The notes beneath the pieces are model-generated. The model was not told the DNA's origin and ran no database searches. It saw only the letters and a list, made by a program, of their open reading frames with translations. From an uncultured Campylobacterales bacterium (GTDB taxonomy: Bacteria; Campylobacterota; Campylobacteria; Campylobacterales; CAZCQG01), in assembly GCA_964500775.1 (NCBI GenBank), contig CAZCQG010000004.1, forward strand, positions 19,383 through 83,382: a DNA stretch of 64,000 nt, given 5' to 3'. Position 1 is the stretch's first letter. Each line of letters starts with the position of its first letter. Positions 28,796 to 37,705 of this stretch are shown one piece after another. Made by a program: the position numbers and the translations under genes.

Positions 28796-29560
28796 ATGGA
28801 TTTAGGTAGTGTTATCGGTATGGTAGTGTCGCTAGGGGTTATCTTTCTAGCTATGGCTCTTGGTGTCGGTATCGGACCTTATATTGACGTACAGTCGGTC
28901 CTAATCGTCGTCATCGGTTCTATCGCAGCTTTGATGATAGCCTTCAAGATGGAGCAGATGAAAAATTTCGGAAAGATTTTCGGAGTAGCTTTCAAACCAC
29001 AGATATTCGATATACCGGGGCTTATAAAAAAACTCGTAGATTATGCCACGCAAGCAAGACGAGACGGGATACTTTCGCTAGAACAAGCGGCAAACCAAGA
29101 AGAAAACGACTTTTTGCGCAAAGGACTCTCGATGGCGGTGGATGGCTCAGAGCCTGACACTATTAGAGATTTGTTAGAGCTTGATATGGATCAAACTCTT
29201 TCTCGCCACAAAGGAAATGCAGCAATTTTTGATACTTGGGCGGCACTCGGTGGAGCGTTTGGGATGCTAGGGACACTTGTCGGTCTTGTTGCGATGCTCC
29301 TTAACATGGCGGATCCTTCGGCTATCGGTCCGGCGATGGCGGTTGCGTTGCTTACGACGTTGTACGGCTCGCTCATCGGGAACGTTTTTGGTTCACCTAT
29401 CTCTAGCATTTTACAGATACGTGCAGGAGACGAGGCACTTGTGAAGATGCTTATTCTCGAAGGAATCATGTCTATCCAAGCGGGCGATAACCCAAGAACC
29501 CTAGAAGCCAAACTCCTCTCATTCTTGCCGCCTAGCCAAAGAGTGAGCCAATTTGAATAG
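28796..29560 (+). CDS. motA: Flagellar motor stator protein MotA
   Basis: 254 aa with four TM segments and the TLYG..IGN pattern in the C-terminal TMs. Followed by motB. Confidence 0.88.
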   Translation: MDLGSVIGMVVSLGVIFLAMALGVGIGPYIDVQSVLIVVIGSIAALMIAFKMEQMKNFGKIFGVAFKPQIFDIPGLIKKLVDYATQARRDGILSLEQAANQEENDFLRKGLSMAVDGSEPDTIRDLLELDMDQTLSRHKGNAAIFDTWAALGGAFGMLGTLVGLVAMLLNMADPSAIGPAMAVALLTTLYGSLIGNVFGSPISSILQIRAGDEALVKMLILEGIMSIQAGDNPRTLEAKLLSFLPPSQRVSQFE

Positions 29561-29569
29561 GTAGTCGTT

Positions 29570-30352
29570 TTGGGAAAAAAGTGTCCACCGTGCGATTGTA
29601 AACCGGGTCTTCCCCTTTGGCTTGGTACATTTGGAGACCTCATGAGTCTTCTTTTGTGTTTCTTCGTCCTCCTCCTCTCTATGGCGACGTTTGATGCCAA
29701 AAAACTTAACGAAGTTGAAGCCTCCCTCAAAGGGGCGCTTAGCATCTTAAACGGCGGCAGCAAGACCGAGGTCGATTTCGAGCGGGTACAGCAAGCCGCC
29801 GAGATGGTCGATGAACGTGAAACCTCCGAGAGTATCAAGATGATAGAATCGCTCATCATCGAATACAACGAAATGACAAAACTCTCCAAAGGTCCTTCAA
29901 ATGTATTGCAAGACGGGGATGAGGGCTTTTTAATCCGCTTGCCCGCAGCAGTACTTTTTGAGCAAGGAGAGAGTACCATCAAAAACGAAGATGCCCTTTT
30001 GTTTATCAAAAGGATGGCGAGCGTCATCAAAGAGTTGCCTGAAAATCTTCATATTTCAGTACGAGGACATACGAGCGACTTGCCCCCCGGAGAGCAAAGT
30101 ATCTACAAAGATAACTGGCAACTCTCTGCACACAGAGCTTTAGCGGTTGCAAAAGAGCTTATCAACAATAACATCTCACCAAAGAAAATATCTGCTTGCG
30201 GCAATGCCGAATACAAACCCATAGCCCCGAACAACACCCAAGAAGATAGAGCTAAAAACGAAAGGGTAGATGTCTACTTCTACTCCAAAGATAACGCGCT
30301 CAACAAAGGACAAACAAGCATTCTCGACGCAGAGCAAAAAAGCGGGTTATGA
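29570..30352 (+). CDS. motB: Flagellar motor stator protein MotB (OmpA-like C-terminus)
   Basis: 260 aa. FGDLMSLLLCFFVLLLSM plug/TM with the conserved Asp, and an OmpA-like domain (NWQLSAHRA...NERVD). TTG start. Confidence 0.88.
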   Translation: MGKKCPPCDCKPGLPLWLGTFGDLMSLLLCFFVLLLSMATFDAKKLNEVEASLKGALSILNGGSKTEVDFERVQQAAEMVDERETSESIKMIESLIIEYNEMTKLSKGPSNVLQDGDEGFLIRLPAAVLFEQGESTIKNEDALLFIKRMASVIKELPENLHISVRGHTSDLPPGEQSIYKDNWQLSAHRALAVAKELINNNISPKKISACGNAEYKPIAPNNTQEDRAKNERVDVYFYSKDNALNKGQTSILDAEQKSGL

Positions 30353-31080
30353 GACTATTTCTTTTAGCACTTTGTATATTTTTCCCGCTCTACGGCGCAG
30401 AACCGACAATCCCGACGGTCAACCTCTCTTTGAGTGCACCAAATGAGCCGGGCGATCTCGTCACTACGCTCAATATCGTCGTAGTCCTTACCCTTTTAGT
30501 CCTTGCCCCTTCTATCGTCCTTGTGATGACGAGCTTTACGCGGATTCTTATCGTTTTGGCGTTTTTGCGCTCGGCTCTAGGCACCCAACAGTCTCCGCCC
30601 ACGCAGCTCCTCGTCTCTTTGGCATTAGTACTTACGATTTTCATCATGGAGCCTATCGCAAAAGAGGCGTATGAGACGGGAATAAAACCCTACACTGCAA
30701 AAGAGATACCCTATGATGAAGCATTTATTCGAAGTGTAAAACCGTTTAAAGAGTTTATGATTCGCAACACTAGAGAAAAAGACCTCGCCCTTTTTTTTAG
30801 GATACGCAATCTAGAAAATCCCAAAAATATCGAAGACGTGCCGCTAACGGTTGTGATTCCTGCATTTATGATTAGCGAATTAAAGACCGCATTTGAGATA
30901 GGATTCTTGATTTATCTACCGTTTTTGGTCATCGATATGGTGGTAAGCTCGATTCTTATGGCGATGGGGATGATGATGCTTCCGCCGGTTATGATCTCAC
31001 TCCCTTTTAAGATTCTTATCTTTGTGCTGGTAGACGGTTTCAACCTTCTCATCGGCAATATGGTGGAGAGCTTCAAATAA
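30349..31080 (+). CDS. fliP: Flagellar export apparatus protein FliP
   Basis: 243 aa. MTSFTRILIVLAFLRSALG and the PPVMISLPFKILIFVLVDG pattern. Confidence 0.92.
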   Translation: MRLFLLALCIFFPLYGAEPTIPTVNLSLSAPNEPGDLVTTLNIVVVLTLLVLAPSIVLVMTSFTRILIVLAFLRSALGTQQSPPTQLLVSLALVLTIFIMEPIAKEAYETGIKPYTAKEIPYDEAFIRSVKPFKEFMIRNTREKDLALFFRIRNLENPKNIEDVPLTVVIPAFMISELKTAFEIGFLIYLPFLVIDMVVSSILMAMGMMMLPPVMISLPFKILIFVLVDGFNLLIGNMVESFK

Positions 31081-32177
31081 TGACCTGCACCCATTTCGGC
31101 ACTTGCGGCAGCTGTACGCTGTATGCGCTAGATTACGAATCCCAAATTGCAAAAAAACTTACCGAGACTAGAGAGTTGTTTGATTCCTTTTACTGCGGAG
31201 AATACGAATTTTTCAAATCACAAGAGGAAGCCTACCGATGCCGTGCGGAGTTCAAAGTCTATAAAGACGATAGCGGCATTTCGCTTTGCAAAAGCAGTTT
31301 CGAGAAAAAAAATCTCCCGATAAATGAGTGTAAGATTCCGCTAGAATCGATACAAGAAAGCGCCAAAGCGATTTTGGAAAAAATAGAAAAAAACGAGATT
31401 CTAAGGTACAAGCTCTACGGCATCGAGTTTCTAAGCTCAAAAAGCGGCGAACTTTTAATAACCCTCATCTACCACAAAAAACTCGATACAGAGTGGGAAA
31501 GCGAAGCCAAAAGTTTAGGCGAAAATATCATCGGCAGGAGCAAAGGACAAAAGATAATCTTGGGCAAAGATTACATCGAAGAATCCTTTGAAGTCCTCGG
31601 AGAGCGGTTTTACTACACCCTTAAAGACGGTAGTTTTATCCAACCAAATCCAAGAATCAACGAAAAAATGTTGGAATGGGTATGCGACCGCGCGGCAAAT
31701 CAAAGCGGCGATCTCTTGGAGCTATATTGCGGACACGGCAATTTTACGATTCCCCTCGCGCGCCGGTTTAAGAAGGTTTTAGCTACCGAAATATCTACCG
31801 CTTCCATCAGAAGTGCCAAAGAAAACTGTATAAAAAATAGTGCACATAATATCTTTTTCGCAAGGCTTAGCGGCAGCGAAACTATCAGTGCTCTGCAACA
31901 CGAAAGAGAATTTAAGCGCCTCAAAGAAATCAACCTTCAAGAGTATGATTTTAGCGCACTCTTTGTCGACCCTCCGAGGGCAGGGCTAGAGGAAGAGGTA
32001 TGCGGGTACATTAAAAGGTTTCCCACTATAATATATATTTCATGTTCGCAAGAGTCACTCCGACGAGACTTGCAAACGCTAATCAAAACGCACGAAATAA
32101 CACATTTCGCCCTTTTTGACCAATTCCCCCACACCGAACATATAGAATCGGGTGTGATTCTAAAGAAGAGAGTATGA
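31080..32177 (+). CDS. trmA: tRNA/rRNA (uracil-5)-methyltransferase, TrmA-like
   Basis: 365 aa. SAM-binding LELYCGHGNFT, VDPPRAG and C-terminal FDQFPHTEHIE. Confidence 0.75.
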   Translation: MTCTHFGTCGSCTLYALDYESQIAKKLTETRELFDSFYCGEYEFFKSQEEAYRCRAEFKVYKDDSGISLCKSSFEKKNLPINECKIPLESIQESAKAILEKIEKNEILRYKLYGIEFLSSKSGELLITLIYHKKLDTEWESEAKSLGENIIGRSKGQKIILGKDYIEESFEVLGERFYYTLKDGSFIQPNPRINEKMLEWVCDRAANQSGDLLELYCGHGNFTIPLARRFKKVLATEISTASIRSAKENCIKNSAHNIFFARLSGSETISALQHEREFKRLKEINLQEYDFSALFVDPPRAGLEEEVCGYIKRFPTIIYISCSQESLRRDLQTLIKTHEITHFALFDQFPHTEHIESGVILKKRV

Positions 32178-33832
32178 GCGACAGCCAAAATTATGAAGCA
32201 TTAGCAAGAAAATACCGACCGAAAAACTTTGACACATTAGTCGGTCAAGATGCAGTCTCAAGATCGCTATGCTTTGCATTGGACAAAAACAGACTAAGCC
32301 ACGCCTATCTCTTTAGCGGGATACGGGGGAGCGGTAAAACATCAAGTGCGCGGATATTTTCAAAAGCACTCAACTGCGACAAAGGTCCCACAAGTGCACC
32401 GTGCGAAGTGTGTGAAAACTGCAGAATGGCAAATGAAAGTCGTCATATCGATATCATTGAGATGGATGCGGCAAGCTCTAGAAAAATAGATGATGTGCGC
32501 GACCTCATCGAGCAGACCAAATACAAGCCAAGCATCGGCAGGTATAAGATATTTATCGTCGATGAAGTCCATATGCTTACAAAAGAGGCGTTCAACGCTC
32601 TATTAAAAACACTCGAAGAGCCGCCTAGTCACGTCAAATTTATCCTCGCTACCACCGATCCTTTAAAGCTCCCTGCAACGATTCTAAGCCGTACGCAACA
32701 TTTTCGCTTTAAAAAAATCAATAAAAATGACGTACTCCACCATTTAGAATTTATCCTCAATAAGGAGAATGCCCACAGAAGCGAAGAAGAGGGGAAAATT
32801 TCTTACACCTCCGAAGCGCTAGAGATTCTTGCTCGTAGCGGCGGCGGATCATTAAGAGACACGCTCACTTTACTCGATCAAGCGATCATCTACGCAAACG
32901 GAAAAATCGACGTCGCAAGTGTCGCCGATATGCTAGGTATCGTCGATCCCGATTTTATTAAAAGCATCATAGATAAAATCCTTGCCAAAGAGAGCGAAGC
33001 GATAAAGAAAATACTTATCGAGCTCTCCAACTACGAAGCCGAGGTCATTTTAGACGAAATGATCATCTATCTTCGAAACACCATTGAAGGAGGAGGAAGA
33101 ATCTCTTTGCTCCTTTTGGATAGATTCTTTAGAATCCTTAGCGAATCCAAACAACTTCTCTCTATAAACTGCGACGAAGAATTTGTCTTGAGTCTCACCC
33201 TCTTTAAAATGATAGAGGCGACAAAAATAAAAGATATTGAAGGGATGATAGAGGAGCTAGAAGGGAAAGTTGCATCAAGCGACTTCGGAAAAAATCTCAA
33301 AAACGAAAACATTAAACCCGCCATAAGTATAGAAAAAGACGATAATATCGAAGTTACAAAAAAAGAAATCGTAAAAGAAAATAAACATTTATTCGAAGAA
33401 CTCGTAGAAAAAATATACGATAGAAGCTATGAGCTCGGCGAGTGTTTCGCTAAAAACGTGACGTTTATCGGATTTGAAAATGAGATTCTCACTTGGAGTA
33501 GCAAAGCGCAAGGGGCTTGCAAAGAACAACTCAAAAACGAATTTAAACATATTATGGTCATCATACGGGACGTTTTTGGAATGAACACCCAAATATCGGT
33601 CATACGTGATGAAACTCCGAATCTAGAATCTGAAACTTTAGAATCCGAAGACGAAAAAAAAAATATCGTAGGGCTTGAAAACGAGTACGGTAGCTGCGTC
33701 GCACAAGAAGTTTTAGGCGAAGAGACCAAAGATAAAGAGTTAGAGATAAAAGAGCTGCTTGAACACTCTGCCGTGCGGAGTGCCAAGGAGCTCTTTAACC
33801 CAAAGAAGATTATAGTCCAGCAAAAAGTATAA
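32174..33832 (+). CDS. dnaX: DNA polymerase III subunit gamma/tau
   Basis: 552 aa. Walker A GIRGSGKTS, Zn module CEVCENC, DEVHML and SRTQ sensor motif. Confidence 0.92.
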   Translation: MSDSQNYEALARKYRPKNFDTLVGQDAVSRSLCFALDKNRLSHAYLFSGIRGSGKTSSARIFSKALNCDKGPTSAPCEVCENCRMANESRHIDIIEMDAASSRKIDDVRDLIEQTKYKPSIGRYKIFIVDEVHMLTKEAFNALLKTLEEPPSHVKFILATTDPLKLPATILSRTQHFRFKKINKNDVLHHLEFILNKENAHRSEEEGKISYTSEALEILARSGGGSLRDTLTLLDQAIIYANGKIDVASVADMLGIVDPDFIKSIIDKILAKESEAIKKILIELSNYEAEVILDEMIIYLRNTIEGGGRISLLLLDRFFRILSESKQLLSINCDEEFVLSLTLFKMIEATKIKDIEGMIEELEGKVASSDFGKNLKNENIKPAISIEKDDNIEVTKKEIVKENKHLFEELVEKIYDRSYELGECFAKNVTFIGFENEILTWSSKAQGACKEQLKNEFKHIMVIIRDVFGMNTQISVIRDETPNLESETLESEDEKKNIVGLENEYGSCVAQEVLGEETKDKELEIKELLEHSAVRSAKELFNPKKIIVQQKV

Positions 33833-33840
33833 TCAAACAT

Positions 33841-33869
33841 AAGAGGATTTGACCCATTCAAATCCTCTT
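33841..33869 (+). terminator. Stem-loop after dnaX (12-bp perfect stem, 5-nt loop)
   Basis: AAGAGGATTTGA cccat TCAAATCCTCTT lies 9 nt after the dnaX stop. No U-tract follows, so its terminator function is uncertain. Confidence 0.45.
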
Positions 33870-33936
33870 AGTGCGTTGAATTAATCTCTTTTCGCGGAAA
33901 TCGCAAAGCAAACTTTATTCCATTTAAATTATTATT

Positions 33937-33945
33937 TGTTATACT
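33937..33945 (+). promoter_or_regulatory. Putative extended -10 promoter (TGtTATACT) for the trpD-like/tsaE/lptB/rpoN gene string
   Basis: TGTTATACT lies 40 nt upstream of the ATG at 33985, and a GGAG RBS lies between them. Confidence 0.35.
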
Positions 33946-33984
33946 CCTTACAACGACAATCTAAAATAACTATTCGGAGCCTAT

Positions 33985-35310
33985 ATGCCAAAAATAAGAC
34001 AAAATCTTGAATTCGGCGAAGTAATGGACGACTACGTCAAGTACAAACACTTTGAAGGCGAGAAGCGAATTATCGAGAATGATGCATTACAAAGGGTGTT
34101 AGAGCGCTTCTTTGAAGATGTCAAAGTCAATATGACATATGACCCAGAGGCGACGGACAATCAGTACTTTAGCGTAAACGTCAGTATGAAAAACAAAGGT
34201 GAGACCATCAATATAAAAGACGGGGACGGTATCTGCGTCGCCGAAGCCACGCCGCAAGAACCGGGGCGCGCGATCATACTCGACGAAGGTCGCGTCTACG
34301 TCGGACACGACAAATACCTGCCGCTTTTAGAGTTAAGCAACAAAGAGGCATTTGCGATGCTTTTTGATAACGAACTCAAAAGCAAAGAGGCACGGAGATT
34401 TCTCGTCGAACTCTATGAACAAGGGGAGAGCGAGCAAGACATCGCCGATGCGAGCGAGATTATGCGAAGTAAAGCGATACAAGTCCCGCTCCCGCTAGAA
34501 CTCCAAAACAAAGTCTGCGACAACTGCGGCACGGGCGGCGATAAATCGGGGAGTTTCAATATCTCCACGGCAGTCTCGTTTGTAGCGGCAAGTCTCGGCG
34601 GCTATGTAGCCAAGCACGGCAACAGAGCAGCGACTAGCAAAAGCGGGAGTGCGGACATACTCGAAGCACTAGGAATCAACCTCAAAATTCCACTCGATAA
34701 ACTCCCTGTAATGCTCCAAGAGGGGGGCTTTATGTTTATGTTTGCCCAAAATCACCACCCCGTAATGAAGCACATCATGCCCATACGCAAAAGCATCCCG
34801 CATAGGACGATATTCAACATACTAGGACCGCTCACAAATCCCGCAGGAGCAAAAAAGCAGCTTATCGGCGTATTTGATCCGAGCTTCAACGCCAAAATCA
34901 CCGGAGCACTTCAAAAACTCGGTAGCAAAACCGTTATGGCAGTAAGCAGCAAAGACGGATTGGATGAGATAAGTATCAGCGACATCACCCATTATTCACT
35001 CCTCAAAGACGGAGCGATAACACAAGGGGAGATTGACCCTAGGCAATATGGTTTCAAGCTTTACGATAAAAGCGAGATCGCGGGAGGCACCGCCGAAGAG
35101 AACGCCGCGACATTGCGTAAGATATTCTCCGGCGAGCAAGAAGGGGCGCTCAAAGATATAGTCATCTTGAACGCAGGAGCGCTCCTCTATGTAGACGAGC
35201 TTGCCCCTAGTATCGAAGAGGGGATCGCGATGGCACGCGAAGCTATCGAATCCAAAAAAGCGCTAGCACAACTGAACAAAATCATAGAGATCTCCAAAAA
35301 ACTGTGCTAG
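33985..35310 (+). CDS. Anthranilate phosphoribosyltransferase-like (glycosyl transferase family 3) protein with about 115-aa N-terminal extension
   Basis: 441 aa. CGTGGDKSGSFNISTA and KHGNRAATSKSGSADILEALG resemble the TrpD PRPP/anthranilate site. The first 110-115 aa are not part of canonical TrpD. No other trp genes are nearby. Confidence 0.7.
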   Translation: MPKIRQNLEFGEVMDDYVKYKHFEGEKRIIENDALQRVLERFFEDVKVNMTYDPEATDNQYFSVNVSMKNKGETINIKDGDGICVAEATPQEPGRAIILDEGRVYVGHDKYLPLLELSNKEAFAMLFDNELKSKEARRFLVELYEQGESEQDIADASEIMRSKAIQVPLPLELQNKVCDNCGTGGDKSGSFNISTAVSFVAASLGGYVAKHGNRAATSKSGSADILEALGINLKIPLDKLPVMLQEGGFMFMFAQNHHPVMKHIMPIRKSIPHRTIFNILGPLTNPAGAKKQLIGVFDPSFNAKITGALQKLGSKTVMAVSSKDGLDEISISDITHYSLLKDGAITQGEIDPRQYGFKLYDKSEIAGGTAEENAATLRKIFSGEQEGALKDIVILNAGALLYVDELAPSIEEGIAMAREAIESKKALAQLNKIIEISKKLC

Positions 35311-35711
35311 AGCTAGAAGCTTCGTTGGAAGAGTTGGACAAAGTGAGCGATGCGATACTCCAAAGTAAGAATCATATCTTTCTCCTAAGCGGCAATCTCG
35401 CCGCGGGCAAGACCACGCTCGTACAAAACATCGCCAAAAAACTCGGCGTCTCCCATGGGGTAAACTCCCCGACTTTTTCGCTGATGCAAAGTTTTGAGGG
35501 ACGGCTTTTTCACTACGACCTCTATAATCACGACTTCCAAAAATTCCTAGAGCTTGGAATCTTGGACGAACTCGAAAAAGAGGGGCTGCATTTCATCGAG
35601 TGGGGAGAGGGAGCGTGCGAAGCGACGCTAAAGAATCTAGAGATTCCTTTCACCAAAGTGACCATCCTCCCAAAAGGGGAGAAACGAATATATAGGATAG
35701 AAGATGCATAA
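35304..35711 (+). CDS. tsaE: tRNA t6A37 biosynthesis ATPase TsaE
   Basis: 135 aa. GNLAAGKTT Walker A, SPTF and HFDLYR-like (HYDLYN) motifs. GTG start overlapping the upstream stop. Confidence 0.85.
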   Translation: MLELEASLEELDKVSDAILQSKNHIFLLSGNLAAGKTTLVQNIAKKLGVSHGVNSPTFSLMQSFEGRLFHYDLYNHDFQKFLELGILDELEKEGLHFIEWGEGACEATLKNLEIPFTKVTILPKGEKRIYRIEDA

Positions 35712-36426
35712 ATTAAAAGCCGACGGGCTTTATAAAAAAATCAAAAAAACCGACATCATCCAAGACATCTCGCTAGAGCTACGGAGCAAAGAGATAGTCG
35801 GACTACTGGGACCAAACGGCGCAGGGAAAAGCACGACGTTTTATATTATGACGGGCATTCTCCAAGCCGACAAAGGGGAGATTTATTTCGACAACCACAA
35901 GATAACAGACCTCTCGCTCCACCAACGAGCTAATATAGGCATCGGTTACCTCCCGCAAGAATCGACGATTTTTAAAGACCTAAGCGTGGAAGAAAATCTC
36001 CAAATAGCCGCAGAGATATGTATCCCCGATGAAAGTAAACGACGAAAAAAAATAGAAAATTTATTGGAAATATTTAACATCGAACCTATCCGCCATAGAA
36101 AAGGGATCAACCTAAGCGGCGGCGAGCGCAGGCGTGCGGAGATAGCAAGAGCGCTAGTGAAAGAGCCGAGATTCCTACTCCTCGATGAGCCTTTTGCAGG
36201 CGTAGATCCGTTGGCGATTATCGACATTCAAAAAATCATCGCCAAATTAAGCGAACTAGGCATCGGAATCCTCATCACCGACCACAACGTCAGAGAGATG
36301 CTCAATATCTGCGACAGAGCCTACGTCATCAAAGACGGAATGCTTCTTGCAAGCGGTAGTAGCGAAGATGTATACAAAAACAATCAGGTAAGAAAGCATT
36401 ACTTGGGAGAAAATTTTAAACTATGA
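35704..36426 (+). CDS. lptB: LPS export ABC transporter ATP-binding protein LptB
   Basis: 240 aa. GPNGAGKST, the LSGGERRR signature and LLLDEPFAGVDP. Sits upstream of rpoN as in most proteobacteria. Confidence 0.9.
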   Translation: MHKLKADGLYKKIKKTDIIQDISLELRSKEIVGLLGPNGAGKSTTFYIMTGILQADKGEIYFDNHKITDLSLHQRANIGIGYLPQESTIFKDLSVEENLQIAAEICIPDESKRRKKIENLLEIFNIEPIRHRKGINLSGGERRRAEIARALVKEPRFLLLDEPFAGVDPLAIIDIQKIIAKLSELGIGILITDHNVREMLNICDRAYVIKDGMLLASGSSEDVYKNNQVRKHYLGENFKL

Positions 36427-37688
36427 AACTTAGACAAAGCGTTGCGGTAAAAAACAAGCTCTCCGCAACGCTTAAAAGTTGGCTACCGATACTGCAATCA
36501 GGAATCTCGGACCTAGAAGACACCCTCAATAGTTTCGTGGGTGAAAATCCCTATATCAACGTCAAATCAAATATCGCTCAAGATATGAGCTCTAAGCTCC
36601 CAAAAAAGAATTTTGACCGTCCGGGAAAAAGCTCAATGACCGACAAGATTGAGAGCCTGACGGTAAAAAAAGACTCGCTTTATGATCATCTCTACGAACA
36701 AATAAATCCGCCGCTCTTCCCGACTGAACGCTCTAGGGAGATAGCGTATGAGATTATTGAACACCTCGATGAAGATGGATACTTTGACGGTGAAACCGAA
36801 GAGATGTGCAATAAACTAGGTATCGAAGAATCGGAAATAGAACGGATTCGAAGTCGCTTTGCCTACCTTTCTCCTTGCGGTATCGGAGCAAAAAGCCTCC
36901 AAGAATCGCTCCATTTTCAACTCTTGGATACCGACACAAAAGAGGATGTGTATCAACTTGTGAAGGAGATGGTAGACAATCTCGAAAATCTTGCAAAATT
37001 CAAAAAAAACCCACTTTTTAATGCCGCTTTAAAAGTCGTTCAGAGTTTCCGAATCCCTCCTGCGCTTGAGTATCAGGGAAGCGAAGAGCTAGTCATCCCC
37101 GATGTCTTCGTCTATGAAAACGACGGCATCATAGAGGTACACCTCAACGATAAATTTTACCCCGAGATAGAGATAGATGCCGGCGGTCTCGACAAAAAAC
37201 ACGAGTTTGTCCGTGCTAAAATAAAAGAGGCAAAAGATCTCGTAGATGCGCTAGAGATGCGCAAAGCAACCCTGTATAAAATAGGTCTTATGATAGTGGA
37301 GTATCAATACGATTTCTTTATGGGCGGCGAGATACGCCCGATGAAGCTTAAAGACCTCGCTGAAGAATTCGGTCACGCCCCAAGCACCATCTCACGGGCG
37401 ATAAACGGCAAATACTTAGAGTGCAATAAAGGCATCGTCCCGATAAAAAGCTTTTTTACTACGGAGCTGGATGAAGGACTTTCAAACGCTTCGATAAAAG
37501 ACTACATCGAAGAGATAGTCAAAAACGAACCAAAAAATAGACCGCTTAGCGATATTAAGATTCTCGAAATGGTAGAGAGTCGTTTTGAGATTAAAATGGT
37601 GCGACGTACCATCACCAAATACCGCAAACAATTAAATATCGCGAGCTCTAGTGAACGGAAAAAATTGTATGAACTAAGTGCGGTCTAA
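36423..37688 (+). CDS. rpoN: RNA polymerase sigma-54 factor
   Basis: 421 aa. HTH (STISRAINGKY) and an RpoN box-like C-terminus (RRTITKYR). Confidence 0.9.
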   Translation: MKLRQSVAVKNKLSATLKSWLPILQSGISDLEDTLNSFVGENPYINVKSNIAQDMSSKLPKKNFDRPGKSSMTDKIESLTVKKDSLYDHLYEQINPPLFPTERSREIAYEIIEHLDEDGYFDGETEEMCNKLGIEESEIERIRSRFAYLSPCGIGAKSLQESLHFQLLDTDTKEDVYQLVKEMVDNLENLAKFKKNPLFNAALKVVQSFRIPPALEYQGSEELVIPDVFVYENDGIIEVHLNDKFYPEIEIDAGGLDKKHEFVRAKIKEAKDLVDALEMRKATLYKIGLMIVEYQYDFFMGGEIRPMKLKDLAEEFGHAPSTISRAINGKYLECNKGIVPIKSFFTTELDEGLSNASIKDYIEEIVKNEPKNRPLSDIKILEMVESRFEIKMVRRTITKYRKQLNIASSSERKKLYELSAV

Positions 37689-37705
37689 CACGATGGGATA
37701 AGGAG

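Noticed and set aside
29191-30030. A 279-aa ORF antisense to motA/motB.
   Set aside because: It spans the junction of two well-supported plus-strand genes, and its composition is typical of antisense frames.
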